Positions 26,604 to 39,964 of a stretch of 64,000 bases of DNA are shown here, piece by piece. Every line of letters starts with the position of its first letter. Position 1 is the first letter of the stretch. Source of the stretch: the human T2T-CHM13v2.0 reference genome, Homo sapiens; assembly GCF_009914755.1 (NCBI RefSeq), contig NC_060934.1; one strand, given 5' to 3'. Under the pieces are notes generated by a model, which did not search any database, was not told the DNA's origin, and saw only the letters and a program-made list of their open reading frames with translations. A program made the translations under genes and the position numbers.

Positions 26604-27575
26604 CAGACAAGACGTTAAAAGACAACCCACGGAATGGGAGAAAATATTTGCAAATCATATATCTGATAAGCGTCCAGTCTCCAGAATGTATAAAGAACAA
26701 CTCAGCGATAAAGACAAGCAATCCAATTGTAAACTGGGCAAAGGATTTAAATAAACATTTCCCCAAAGAAGATGTACAGATTCCAATGAGCACGTGAAAA
26801 GATTCTCAGCATCATTAGTCACTAGGGAAATGGAAATCAAAATCACAGTAAGTTTCCATTTCACATCACTAGGATGGCTATAATTTCAAAAGAAAAAAGC
26901 AAAATTAACAAGTGATGGCAAGAAAGTTATCAGAATCCCCCTACATCACTGGTATGAATATAAAATAGTGCAATCATTGTGAGAAAAATCTTGGCAGTTT
27001 CTCAAAATGCTAAACATAGATTTACCATATGACCCAGCAATTCTACTCCTAGGTATACACCCAAGAGAACTGAAAACACATCTTCACACAAGAACTTGTA
27101 CAGGGATGTCCACAGCAGCATTATTCATCATAGGCAAAAAGTAGAAACAACCAGATGTCCACTGACTGCTGAATGAATAAATAAAATGTAGTGTATACAT
27201 ACAATGGAATAAAAAGAAACAAAGTACTCCTCCATGCTGAAACACAGATGAATCTTGAAAAAATTATTCTAAGTGAAAGCAGCCAGACATAAAAGACCAT
27301 GTATTATATGATTACATTTATATAAAGTGGCAAGAATAGGCAAATCCATAGAAGTACATTAGTGGTGGCCAGAGACTAGGAGGAGGAAGTTTGGGAGTGA
27401 CTGCCAATGGTGTGGAGTTTCTTTGGGGAAGGCTAGAAATCTTCAAGAATGAGAGTGTGAGGGTTGCGCAGCATTGTGAGTACACTAAAACCACCTTGAT
27501 GCACACTTACAAATGTGAAAAGTATAAAACCATACACTGCGGATTTTATGTTATATAAATTTTATATCAATAAAA
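26604..27575 (+). mobile_element. L1MB-type ORF2 end plus 3'UTR
   Basis: aaagacaacccacggaatgggagaaaatatttgcaaatc...ccatatgacccagcaattctactcctagg...aattttatatcaataaaa. Confidence 0.88.
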
Positions 27576-27583
27576 GTAACGTG

Positions 27584-27865
27584 GCAGGGCACCGTGGCTC
27601 ATGCCTGTAATCCCAGCACTTTGGGAGACCAAGACAGGTGGATCACTTGGGGTCAGGAGTTCGAGACCAGCCTGCCCAACATGGTGAAACCCTGTCTCTA
27701 CTAAAAATACAAAAATTAGCTGGGCGTGGTGGTGCACACCTGTAGTCCCAGCTACTGGGGTGGCTGAGGCAGGAGAATCGCTTGAACTCGAGAGGCAGAA
27801 GATCGCACCATTGCACTCCAGCCTGGGTGACAGAGCAAGACTCCATCTCAACAAAAAGAAAAAAA
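27584..27865 (+). mobile_element. AluSx-like with a small right-arm deletion
   Basis: Dimeric Alu lacking ggttgcagtgagcc near 27800. Confidence 0.92.
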
Positions 27866-28191
27866 GGTAATTACAAAATACAAACAAAGAAGGCTTAGCC
27901 CCATTATCACCAAGTACCCTCTAAACTAACCATCTTAACTAACTTAACCAGAACAGAACCGAGCTCTATGGAGACAGCTGTTCAGAAAAGGCAGAATTTT
28001 AGCCTCTTTCCTTTGTGAAGTAAGTATGAGTTCACAGGAGGCTCTTCCCACGTATTGACTACCTTTCTCCAGTGCTGTACCACGTACGGATGGACAATAA
28101 AAATGCCACTAACCTCTCCTCTATATTTTTTCCAGGGATAATTCTGATACAAAAAAAAAAAAGCATTGTTGGTAGCATGCATTGGGTGTTC

Positions 28192-28236
28192 AATAAATGT
28201 CACCAGTCAGGAATAAATGTCACCAGTCAAGAATAA
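28192..28236. repeat. 20-bp tandem duplication at an L2 3' end
   Basis: aataaatgtcaccagtcagg / aataaatgtcaccagtcaag. Confidence 0.9.
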
Positions 28237-28339
28237 TCATGAAGGAAAGACAGGAAAGTGGGTGCCTTGAGGAGGCTCTGGAAAAGAGATAAGGTGAGAC
28301 GTTTGCTTCTTTGTATCTTGTGTTAGTTCCTTTCCAAGA

Positions 28340-29400
28340 TGCAAATCCTCCCCATCATATGCTCGCTAAAAGCCCTGCTCCATGTTAGAAACAGCCCTCA
28401 AAGTTTACCTGAGCCCAAGGCCGCATGGGTGGAGTTGGCGCCTGGTTGCCCCGGCCAACTCCGGGGCTTCTCGGAAAGGGGAAAGCCTCCTCATCCCACA
28501 TCGCCCAAGGACCTGAGATGGCCCCCTCTAGGGAGGACTGTTCTCCTGGGAGGAAGGAACCGCTTGTCGAGAGGGAAGGAAGTGAGGAGTGAATTTGTCA
28601 GGGGAGGGAGCTTGATGACACCGTATTCCAAGAGAAAGCAGTGGCATTAAAGGCACTGGAGGTGTTGCACAGGGAGTTTAAGACTTCTGAGGGCAGCCGT
28701 CACCTACCCCACAATTCTGCCTCAGCCTGGCCCTGCGCATCATCTCCTAAGGGGAGGTGGCCTCGGGCTCCAGAAATAAATAGCACGGTCCCGGCACTCT
28801 CTACTTTAAACTCTCCACTCCGGCCACGGTGAGCAGCCCCTCACGCCCCACCCGTGACTCTTTCTTCACCTCCGTTCCTGTGTGACCTCAAACAAGTCCT
28901 CAGTGTCTTACCCTCGGTTTCTTCTTCTCCCCAGTGGGGCTAATAGCACTGGCCCAGAGGCCATGTAGTGGAGAACTTCCAATCTCCCAGCACACCACCT
29001 GGGGGACGGTGCATCCTCCTGGAAAGTGAACCACACACACAGCTCCACTGGAAACAGGAGACTTCCGCCAAACATGAGACAAGGGGCCTGGAATATTTCA
29101 GTTGTGTCCTATTAGGTGCTCCGCTAACATTCTGCTTTCTCTTCTGAGCCCTCAATACGCTGGTAAGTATTCACTTACAGCCTATGCTCCCCAACGGACT
29201 ACAAAATCCAGCAGGTGCCACGGAACTCACGGTCACTGCTCCATTCCCAGCCCCAGCACGGGTGGAAGATGCCCCCTACACATTTCAAGCCGACTAATCA
29301 CAGGGGAAGAAACACGGCTTGTTTTAACCGCTTTCTACGGGCTTCTTATGCCTTCAGTCTGCGCGTTCCTGCAGAGTCACCTCTGAAGGGGGAACCAGAT
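28340..29400. promoter_or_regulatory. Candidate promoter/enhancer: GC- and CpG-enriched, TE-free block
   Basis: Visibly more CpG than the flanks; GAS motif ttctcggaa 28468-28476; TATA-like aataaata 28775-28782; Inr-like ctacttt 28801-28807; clustered splice signals. Confidence 0.4.
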
Positions 29401-29959
29401 CATCCAAAGCTTCTGGCTCTCATACCAGGTGGGCTTACGTAAACTGTCTCAGGGTCCTCATTCGTAAATAAAGGACTTAAACTACGTGGTCTCTGAAGTC
29501 TTCCTTCAGTTCCCCCATGGGAAGCCACAGGCTAGGTTTTCAAAGTCACTCACGGCTCCTTAATTCATTTGAAGCAATTGCATCCAACATCAGGGCTGGA
29601 CTGTGGATGACCGGCAAGACAATAGAGCAGAGATTTAGGAAAGGAAGGATGATTTAGATATTCCCATGGTGGGAAAAATAGTAACTGAGCAAATAAGACG
29701 ACTAAAGTTCTCTACTGACAGAGAAAAGATGAAATGGGGGTGATTTCCCACATTTCCAAATAAGAGGTGAGCAGACATGGAGGTCTGCTGCCAGTGCCTC
29801 CGGGAGCCCAGCTCCTCCAGCGGGGTTCTCTCCAGATCCTTGCAGACCCCAAACAGAGAGATGATGGGGCCTGCAGACCTTGCCTGGCTGTCAGAAATTT
29901 TCCACCCGCTGAAGAGGTGGCTGGCAGTGGTCTACGCTCTGCGTGTGGCCTTCCTAAAT

Positions 29960-30537
29960 TAACGAACATATTCACACTAACACTCACATACATTCACACA
30001 CACACACTGACATACACACCACTCACACATTCACACATTCATTTAGACACACACACACCCACACTCATATACATTCACACACACACCACTCACACCCAAT
30101 TCACATAGACATACTCACACTCACAATCACACTCACATACACACCAGACTCACAGTCTCACACTCACATATACACACGACTCACACTCACATACAAACAC
30201 ACTCATACACTCACAATCACACTAGCATACACACACACCACTCACACTCACATAGTCATACTCACAAACACACTCATACACTATCACACTTGCATACAGG
30301 TCCACCACTCACACTCATACACTCAAATATATCCACATACACACGCCACTTACACACACACACACCACTCACACTCACATACACATTCAATCACATGCAC
30401 ACCACTCACACACAGTCATACACAGTCACAATCACACTCACATGCTAACATTCATAGTCACACCACTCACACAATCACACATATTCACAACACTCATCCA
30501 CACTCACACACACTCACACTCAGACACTCTCACACTC
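29960..30537. repeat. Degenerate (CA)/(CACT)-rich low-complexity tract
   Basis: About 580 bp of cacactcacatacac-type units with very few G. Confidence 0.95.
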
Positions 30538-30815
30538 TGATGTTTGTAGACTTCTCAAACATGCCGTTGGTTTTTGAAGGGAAATAAGTTGTAGACTTTT
30601 TCATTGTTTTGCATTAAAGACCCAGTGCTCTCATCGGCTTATTTAACAGGCACCAGCAGGATTGTGTCTCAAATGGAATGAGGGTAGGTGCTTTAGGCAC
30701 CCTCCACAAGGGACTGTCTTCTTCATCTCAGCCTTGCCAAACACAGAGGAAATGAAGGGAGGTCCTTGGTTAGTGAGCTGCAAATCGAGACATCGTACCC
30801 CGTGCCAGGCTTTGC

Positions 30816-30963
30816 AAAACCTGTTAGTTCTTAGGGAATGGTGGACAATCACACAATATTCTTCACAAGGACATATGAAATATTTTCTGAAAACCTGTTA
30901 GTTCATAGGGAATGGTGGACAGTCATACAATATTCTTCACAAGGACATATGAAATGTTTTCTG
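30816..30963. repeat. 74-bp tandem duplication
   Basis: aaaacctgttagttc...ttttctg twice, 4 mismatches. Confidence 0.95.
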
Positions 30964-31056
30964 AAGAACTAAGGATGAAGTTATATGAGCGTAAGTTCCA
31001 AGCTAAATGCAAAAAGCAAACGTTTTAAGGTAAAAACATGGCAAAAAGAAATGAGA

Positions 31057-31381
31057 GGCCAGGCACAGTGGCTCACGCATGGGCACGGTGGCTCACACCT
31101 GTAATCCCGGCACTTTGGGAGGCCAAGGCGGGTGGACTGCCTGAGATCAAGAGCTCAAGACCAGCCAGGCCAACATGGTAAAACCCAGTCTCTACTAAAA
31201 ATACAAAAATTAGCCAGGCATGATGGCTCATGCCTGTAATCCCAGCTACTCGGGGGGCTGAGGCAGGAAAATCGCTTGAACTAGGAGGCGGAGGTTGCAG
31301 TGAGCCAAGATCTCACCATTGCACTACAGCCTAGGCGACAGAGCAAAACTCCATCTCAAATAAATAAGTAAATAAATAAAT
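31057..31381 (+). mobile_element. AluSx-like with a duplicated 5' head and (TAAA)n tail
   Basis: ggccaggcacagtggctcacgcat followed by gggcacggtggctcacacc. Confidence 0.92.
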
Positions 31382-32404
31382 GAGGATAAAGTAGCATCTA
31401 GGTTAGAGAATGAGCATGGACAAAACTGTGATATGACCACATTTTCTCTGAGGCCTCCCCCTCTCTGACTTCACCCTGGTTCTTCTCAATATTTCTGGGT
31501 TATCCAGTGCACTTTCCAGCTGGCCTGCACCCTCCACCAGGTCAGGAGCTCACCCTCTCTATTCTTTACTTCCTTTTTTTAACTTCTTGCTAGGTGGTTT
31601 GGAGACTGGCTCGGGAACTAAACACCATCCATGTATCCCACCCAGCCCAGGAGATGGTCCTTTCCAGGCAATGCCATTGCTGGCACATGAAGGGCAGGAA
31701 TCATGCTGGTCTCAGCCATCATCCAATCTTTAACACCCAAATATTTCACATATAATCATCACTCAAAGTACATCTTTATTTAAAATTATTTAAAAGTTCT
31801 CCAAAACTTGTGAACTTTTTTGGATCTACATCTTTGCCTGCTGGTTTTGGAGTTAAATTTCTATCCTCCAAAATTCCTGAGTCAAGGGTATACACGTATG
31901 AAATTTTTAAGCATATTGTTCATACACCTCCAAATTGTTTGTGCTAATTTACACTCCCACCCAGCGTCCATGGAAGCCTCTCTCCTCCTTGCCTAAAAAC
32001 TCTTCGGGAAACACAGCTGTTCTTTCTTTTGTCAACTCACTCTTTTTGGCTCTCTCTGACCAAAAAAATAAAAGATTCCACAGAGTTTTTCCATCAAAAC
32101 TTTTGGCAATTACTAACTATTACAATAATTAAAATTCTTCTTGGATAGAAATCTCTCTTTGCTCCTGGGAGAGGATACAAAAAGAGTCAAACAAAATAGT
32201 TTTTTTTTTTTTTCTCAGAGGGCTCTCTAATGCATTCTCATAAATAATTAGTGGCATCATCTTGTCGGGTTACTCATCTCTTCTATCATGGTGATGCTGG
32301 GTGATCCATGGTCCTCATTCGCTACCCATAGCCAGCATGGAAAGCATTAAGAGGAACAGAACACTAGAATGATTATTTATTTCCACAGCTCTCTAAACTG
32401 AACA

Positions 32405-32700
32405 GTGGGGCACAGTGGCTCACACCTGTAATCCCAGCACTTTGGGGCCGAGGCAGGCGGTTCATTTGAGGTCGGGAGTTCAAGACCAGCCTGGCCAACA
32501 TGCTGAAACCCCATCTCTACTAAAAAATATAAAGATTAGCCAGGCGTGGTGGTGGGCATCAGTAGTCCCAGCTACTCGGGAGGCTGAGGCAGGGAGAATT
32601 GCTTGAACCTGGGAGGCAGAGGTTGCAGTGAGCCGAGATCACACCACTGCACTCCAGCCTGGACAACAGAGTAAGATTCCACCTCAAAAACAAACAAACA
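32405..32700 (+). mobile_element. AluS
   Basis: Dimeric Alu with (CAAA)n tail. Confidence 0.92.
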
Positions 32701-32706
32701 AATGTT

Positions 32707-33287
<581 letters not shown>

Positions 33288-34315
33288 GCGACATGCAGGT
33301 GACATAAACGCACCATTCTGCAGTTCAACTGGAGCTGAATAAAATAACAAATATCGTGACTGATTCTGTCCACACTACTTGATCTTAGGCAGATCCTCTG
33401 CAAGGCTGAAGAACTGCTGTGCAAGAGGAAAAGAAAAACCCTGTGCATTTGGGCTTTACTAACAACTAATAACATCTGGACTTTGCAAGCATCCGTGGGA
33501 CAAACTGAATTAGGCCAGCAATTTATGGATAGTTTATTATGGATAGTTTAGTCTCTGAATTTGGAGACAGTGACTGTTTCAGTGTGAAAGTAGCTATCTT
33601 CATTAAATTGTATTTCAGCTTAAAAGTAACATTTTCACTATCATGTCAGATACTCTAGAACACAGTATGCCCAAGCCTACCTTTATCTCCGTAAAGAGAA
33701 CCTGGGGACTCCTAAAGGGTTCTTGAATGAGCAAGTAATGGCTTGTGTTCATATGACAGTATGTGATGGGCAGTGCCTTCGACTGTCTCAGCTCTTCTTT
33801 GTAAACGTCTCGTGGGTTTTTCCCCCAAGATACAACCAAGTGAGTAAATATTTTTATTAATCTTTGGAAAAAAGATCTGATTCATGCAGCTTATGGCTTC
33901 AATCCAAAGTTAGGACAATTCTTGGTGTAAGAGCCTTGGGATGACTGCTGAGTTTTGGGAAGAGTCAGGGAGAAAAGGAACTCTCTAGGAGAGAGTCTGT
34001 TTAGCTCTGAGATTAAAACTCTAATCATTTGCTACTGTGCACTGCAGCCATAAATGAAGAAATGAGAAATATCATCCTAGAGCCAATATGACGTCTGCTG
34101 CCAAATATTGGGAAAGGCTTCTTGATGAAGAGGAAATACATCTGTGCACGCTGAAAAGGCAAAACAGTAGCCCATGGGTTGGAGTCACTCCTGGGAAGGC
34201 AGCTTTTAGCTCAGTGTGAGTAAGGTTTTCATAGCAATTAGAGCTGGGACAATAAACACTCCATCAAAGAAAAGATTCAATAAAGTTAAGGCTACTGCTT
34301 TAATAAATAACCCCT

Positions 34316-34683
34316 TATATTATTCCGTTCTCACACTGCTAGTAAAGACATACCCGAGACTGGATAATTTATCAAGGAAAGAGGTTTAACTGACTTACAA
34401 TTCAGCATGGCTGGGGAAGGCCTCAGGAAACTTATAATCAAGGTGCGAGAGGAAGCAAACACGTCCTTCACATCGCCGCAGCCAGGAGAAGTGCTGAGCA
34501 CAGGGTGGAAAGCCTCTTATAAAACCATCAGATCTCGTGAGAACTGACTCACTATCACCAGAACAGCTGGAGGTAACTGCCCTCATGATTCAATTACTTC
34601 CACCTGGTTCCACCCTTGACACGTGGGGATTGTTACAATTCAAGATGAGATTTAGGGTGGGGACACAGAGCCCAACCATATCA
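34316..34683 (-). mobile_element. THE1 (C/D-like) solo LTR
   Basis: aaagacatacccgagactgg...gggtggggacacagagcccaaccatatca; near-TSD cccct/cccat. Confidence 0.92.
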
Positions 34684-34889
34684 CCCATAAATTTCAACGG
34701 CTTCACACAACGGAAGTTTCTCTCTTGCTCACATAATGGCCTGATGCTGGCATTCCTGGTCAGCTCATTCCTTCTTCCAGGTGGTGACTCAGGATCCCAG
34801 GCTTTTGCATCTTGCAGCACTGGCCACCCTCTCTGGAGTCCTCTGCTTCTAGCTGGTGGAAAAGAACTAAGTGGAGATTTTCAGGCCCA

Positions 34890-35152
34890 TTCACAGTAAT
34901 CACTCAGCCTGTGTGCATTTCCTTATGAGCTGCAGAGTGCTTTTTTAGTCATCATCATCATCATCAACAGAGGTGACTAAAAATACCTTGGAAATGCAAG
35001 CATCATTGAGCAGCATCATAGTCATTGTTCAAAACAGCTGTCTTTCTCTGGTCAAGTGAGTGCTCTCTGGTTTTTAATAAAACCTCTGGTTAATATGAAC
35101 TCAGTTACTTCAAAGCCCATTTGTTCCCGGTCTCTTGCATTTTAAATTATGA
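34890..35152 (-). repeat. Inverted duplication B, arm 2
   Basis: Reverse complement aligns to 32707-32859 plus 33187-33287, about 80% by eye. Confidence 0.92.
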
Positions 35153-35319
35153 GGATTTACTGTATGTGCAAATGCTTTGTAGAGATCCTGGCCGTGAGTT
35201 CTGTGCATATCCACTAGCAAGAGCTAATCATGTGGCAACATCTGGATCTACAGGATCGGGGCATGTATGAGGTGTAGTCTCAGCTGGGCTACATGAAATC
35301 TATGGTCCCTTCCAACTTT

Positions 35320-35640
35320 GAGAGCTAACTAATTCAACCGACACAGAATGAGCACCTACTTCATGCATGACTCATTGTGTCAAGGAATACAAAAAAATGA
35401 AAAATGCACAGAAACTGTCACCTGAAAGCTTACATCTTAGACGGGAAAGCAGGACAAACTCAATGACATTACACAACAAAATATATGAGTTATAAAATGC
35501 TACGGGAATTTAGCAGAGAACGAAGTCACCTGAAAAGAATTCATTGGAGTTAATGTCCTCAGCAGGATGGGCTTTGAAGGAAGGGGTAGGATTTCAATGT
35601 GTGGAGATGAGGGAAGGTCTAGAAGGCAAATAACTGGCAT
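35320..35640 (-). mobile_element. L2 fragment
   Basis: attcaacc...gagcacctact...agcttacatcttag...gggctttgaaggaaggggtaggattt. Confidence 0.6.
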
Positions 35641-35696
35641 AGATAAAAGATGATTGGATTCCCAATAATCCAAGGAATTGCTCCAGGAATTGCTGT

Positions 35697-36025
35697 TAGT
35701 ACTGACCCTTCATATCCATGGGTCCCACATCCATGGATTCAACAAACCATGGATCAAAAATACTTGGAAAAAAATTGCATCTGTACTGAACACGTAGACT
35801 TTTTTATTGTTATTCCCTAAACAATACCGTATAACGACTATTTACATAGCACTTGCATTGTATTAGGTATTATAAGTAATCTAGAGAAGATTTAAAGTAT
35901 ATGGGAGGGTGTACATAGGTTATATGTCCATACTATGCCATTTTATAGCAGGCACTTGAGCATCTACAGATTTTGATATCCACAGGGGACCTGGAACTCA
36001 TCCCCCAGATACCAAGGGACCACTG
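35697..36025 (-). mobile_element. MER2 (TcMar-Tigger MITE)
   Basis: catccatggattcaac...tattaggtattataagtaatctagag...gataccaagggaccactg followed by TA. Confidence 0.88.
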
Positions 36026-36029
36026 TAGT

Positions 36030-37035
36030 TTTCTTTAATTTTTATTTCAAGTTTGGGGGTACATGTGCAGGTTTGTTACATAGGTAAACTCGTGTCATGG
36101 GGGGTTGTTGTACAGATTATTTTGTCACCCAGCTACTAAGCCCAGTACCCAATAGTTATCTTTTCTGCTCCTCTCCCTCCTCCCACCTTCCCCCATCAAG
36201 TAGTCCTCAGTGTCTGTTGTTCCCTTCTTTTTGTTCATGAGTTCTCATCATTTAGCTCCCACTTATAAGTGAGAACATGCAGTATTTGGTTTTCTGTTCC
36301 TGCATTAGTTTGCTAAGGATACTAGCCTCCAGCTCCATCCACATTCACCCAAAAGACATGATCTTGTTCTTTTTTATGGCTGCATAGTATTCCATGGTGT
36401 ATATGTACCACATTTTCTTTATCCAATCTGTCATTGATGAGCATTTAGGTTGTTTCCAAGTCTTTGCTATTGTGAATAGTACTGCAGTGAACATACGTGT
36501 GCATGTGTCTATATGGTAGAATGATTTATATTCCTCTGTGTATCTAGGCAGTAGTGGGATTTCTGGTTGAATGGTATTTCTGTTTTCAATTATTTGAGGA
36601 ATTGCCACACTTCTTTCCACAATGGTTGAACTAATTTACATTCCCACCAACAGTGTATAAGTGTTCGTTTTTCTCCACAACCTCATCAATATCTGTTATT
36701 TTTTGACTTTTTAAAATAGCCATTCTGACTACTGTGAGATGGTATCTCATTGTGGTTTTGATTTACATTTCTTTAATGATTTACATTTCTCTAACGAATA
36801 TCAAATGAATATCAAAGTGTGATATTGAGAATTTTTTCATATGCTTGTTGGCCACATGTGTCTGTTCATGTCTTTTGCCTACTTTTTAATGGGGTTGTTT
36901 CTCTCTTGTAAATTTTTTTAAATTCCTTTTAGATGCTGGATATTAGACCTTTGTCAGAGACATAGTTTGCAAATATTTTCTCCCATTCTGTAGGTTGTCT
37001 GTTTACTCCGTTGATAGCTTCTTTTGCTGTGCTCT
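36030..37035 (-). mobile_element. L1PA (about PA15/16) 3' end
   Basis: gggtacatgtgcaggtttgttacatagg; ORF 36345-36620 WIKKMWYIYTMEYYAAIKKN (L1 ORF2 C-terminus). Confidence 0.92.
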
Positions 37036-39413
37036 TTGTTTTTTTAAGCCTATCTTAATATATTTTCTTAGTATAAATGAATAAATGCCTTAATCAATAT
37101 TAGCATAGAGAACACTCAATAAATGGTAGCCACTAGTAGCTTTAGGTGTAGAAGTATTTAAAATTAAGGATTTGCTTGTTGATTTCACATGTACATAATG
37201 TAATCATACCTGGGGGCCATTAAGCTCTTTTAAATTCTCTTGATATTCAGGAAAAACACATTTATATACCCATACTAACTCAATTTAGATGTGTTAACAA
37301 AAAAAGAAGAAAAGTGAATTTCCCTCCAAGTACTATAAATGGAGCCATTGCTTCCCCTGAATTACTGGGAGAGTCAGCCTGATTCTTGGCCTGGTTGTGT
37401 TACTAGAGGCCAGATGCCAGAGTCACAGAATAGGTCACTTGGCCTTGATATACCTTGTTCATTCCCTTGATAAATGGAAATCACAGCCAGCATCACCTAC
37501 GACAGAATGAGACAATGTCTGTAAGGCATACTCTACTCCGTGCTAGACCCAGCCCAGCCCCATGCCCACAGAAGATGACAAACAAATATTTCAAACCTAT
37601 CTGAGTTCACTGGTACAGGTTAAATCTGAAAGGAAGCCTCATAGAGATTTTTCTTATTTAGTTCATCTGGTGTCAGTTCAAGGTTCCACACTGTCCTTTA
37701 TAGATGGATTCGCCCTATAGAGTTGGGGGATCACTGAGCTTGCTCCGCGATTTCTGGTCTTCCCATAATCGCTCAGGGGCTTTAAATCATTAGCTGATCT
37801 TAACAATTAAGGATGAGGGAAAAATTTCAAAGCCTCGCAAACACCCACCCAAGAAGAAACCACAGGAAGTTAGAATGAAATGTTCATTTTCAGGCTAACC
37901 AGGAATTTGCAGTGCCAGGCAGAGAATTAACAAGCAATCAATCGGCCAGAGTTGGAACACATTATTTGCGAACCAATTTGAATTTGATGAGGCTGGGTGG
38001 ATAATTTTGAATGAAATTGGACCTGAATATTTCTAGAACTTAAATGTTTCAGCAAATGTGGTTGCTCAGATGTTTATGAAAAAAAATATGGGACATGGGT
38101 CTTACTTCCTGTTACAATCCATGACTATCTGAAGTATGCAATGGGCTAACGAGTGAAGGAGAAAAGTGTGAGAAAAGAGAAATAGATTTTTATTTCATAA
38201 TAACAAAGAGGAAAACGAAGGTTGGTAGACCTATGGTCAAAATTAGGAGACTGAGATAATCACTCACAAAATGTGTGTGAAGCCCTCAGTTAATGCCAGT
38301 TTTTAGTGATAGTACTAAGCTCCAGGAAAAAGGGCTCACTTATTTTTCTCCCTACGCATAAAACCACACAGGTAGAAGAAGTGAGCAGAAAGAGCAGAGC
38401 CTATTGGAAAAATAAATTAAATTTCAATTATGTATTTTATATATAACAAATGAATGCAAAAATATACCTGCATGTTTATTGCTATACAAACATACAATAT
38501 ATAAAGAATGTAAATGTATAAAACTATAAATATAATCTATACATATATATCTATGTATATTATCTGTTTGATAAATTTAATTTACATATGTATTCTATAT
38601 GTAAAATATTTATATATCTCTCTGTGTGTGTTTGTATTTTTAAGGAACATAAATGAGTCACAAGAGGAGTTTGAAGCCTAATTTAGCCATTTGTTTGCAA
38701 AAATGTTGCATGATCAATGTCAAATATCTTCTAGTAGGGGCCAATGCTACTTTACAAAACCGTAACTCATTCTATCTGAGCTCCCTTTGGATTCCCCGCT
38801 GAGAGGACAGAGGCTGGCCCCTAGTGCCTCCTCTCTAGTGATTCCAGTCAAGGATGTGGGATAGTGGGAAGGTCTTCCCCATGCCCCAAAGCGAGGAACA
38901 AACGTGGAGAATACATTTATCTGTGTATTGATTTGTAATACATAAGTCTTCTGAAGTTAGAAGAAGACACTAAGTGCAGATTCTTAATGGAATCCCCAGA
39001 ATAAATTATGAAGGGCATTTCCTGAAAGCAGCACAGATCAGAGTTCATGTAGCTTCCACGTCCATGAATCCTCTCTGTTTGTGTTTGCAGTAGAAAGAGT
39101 GGCTTGGGTTTTTCCAAAGCTGCATGATGCTGGTTCACGTTCCCAGCAATGTGAAAGACTAGTGTTAAGGAGGGAGATAAATGGCTCAGGCTTGGGAGGC
39201 CTGGTCTCCTTCACTCCCCTAAGATCTCACCCACCACATTTTCCACTTACTCAGGGCAGCTTCAATGTTCCAGGAAATCTCCACCCAGCCAAATACTAAG
39301 CCACCGAGTCACATCCCACACACGGCATAAAACAACATGCATACGTTACAAAGAAGTAGGCTGACCATATAAATAACACGAGTGAATAAAAATCCCCCAG
39401 CCATCAGGTCTCC

Positions 39414-39792
39414 TGTGACTGTTAATTTTATGTGTCAGGCTGCCTGGGCCATGGTGACCAGATATGTGGATGTTTCTATGAGGGTGTTTTGGGAGGAGAT
39501 TAACAGTTACATCAGTGGACTTTGAGTAAAGCAGATCGCCCTCATAATGTAGATGGGCCTCACCCAGTCAGTTGAAGGCCTGAATAGAACACAAAGACGG
39601 ACCTCCCATGAGCAGCGGGGATCCTGTAGCAGTCAGCTTAGGACTGGGACAGCAACACAGGCTTTTCTCTGGGTTTCTAGTCCGCCAGCCCACCCGGCAG
39701 ATTTTAAATTTGCCAGTCCCTATAGTCACATGGGCCAATTCCTTAAAATAAGTATTTCCCTTTCTCTTTCTCTCTTTACATATATTTATATG
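39414..39792 (+). mobile_element. MLT2 (D-like, ERVL) LTR, 3' end missing
   Basis: gttaattttatgtgtca...ggactttgagtaaagcagat...gttgaaggcctgaatagaac...ccaattccttaaaataa. Confidence 0.85.
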
Positions 39793-39964
39793 TAACTAGA
39801 ATGGATGCACAGGCACAAGGAAAAGTTATACAATGATACCTGCTACAACACTGTAAGAGCAAAACCATAAACAATACAAACGTGATTCAATAGGCGATTT
39901 GTTAATACATTTGGTTCATCAATAGAATGGATTAATTGTAGCCATTAGAAAGGACAATGGCCAT

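Larger units (their letters stand above)
34283..35295 (-). mobile_element. Old MLT1 (J/K-like) LTR interrupted by THE1 and by duplication arm 2
   Basis: aataaataacccc/ataaatttcaacggcttcacacaacggaagtttctctcttgctcac...actcaggatcccaggc; resumes catatccactagcaagagctaatcatgtggc. Confidence 0.55.

Noticed and set aside
33523-36815. Tiny tandem duplications (ttatggatagttta twice at 33523-33550; aggaattgct twice near 35673-35694; gatttacatttct twice near 36760-36790)
   Set aside because: Ordinary slippage events with no further structure.
38440-38640. Very AT-rich stretch
   Set aside because: Degenerate (TA)n low complexity; nothing specific supportable.
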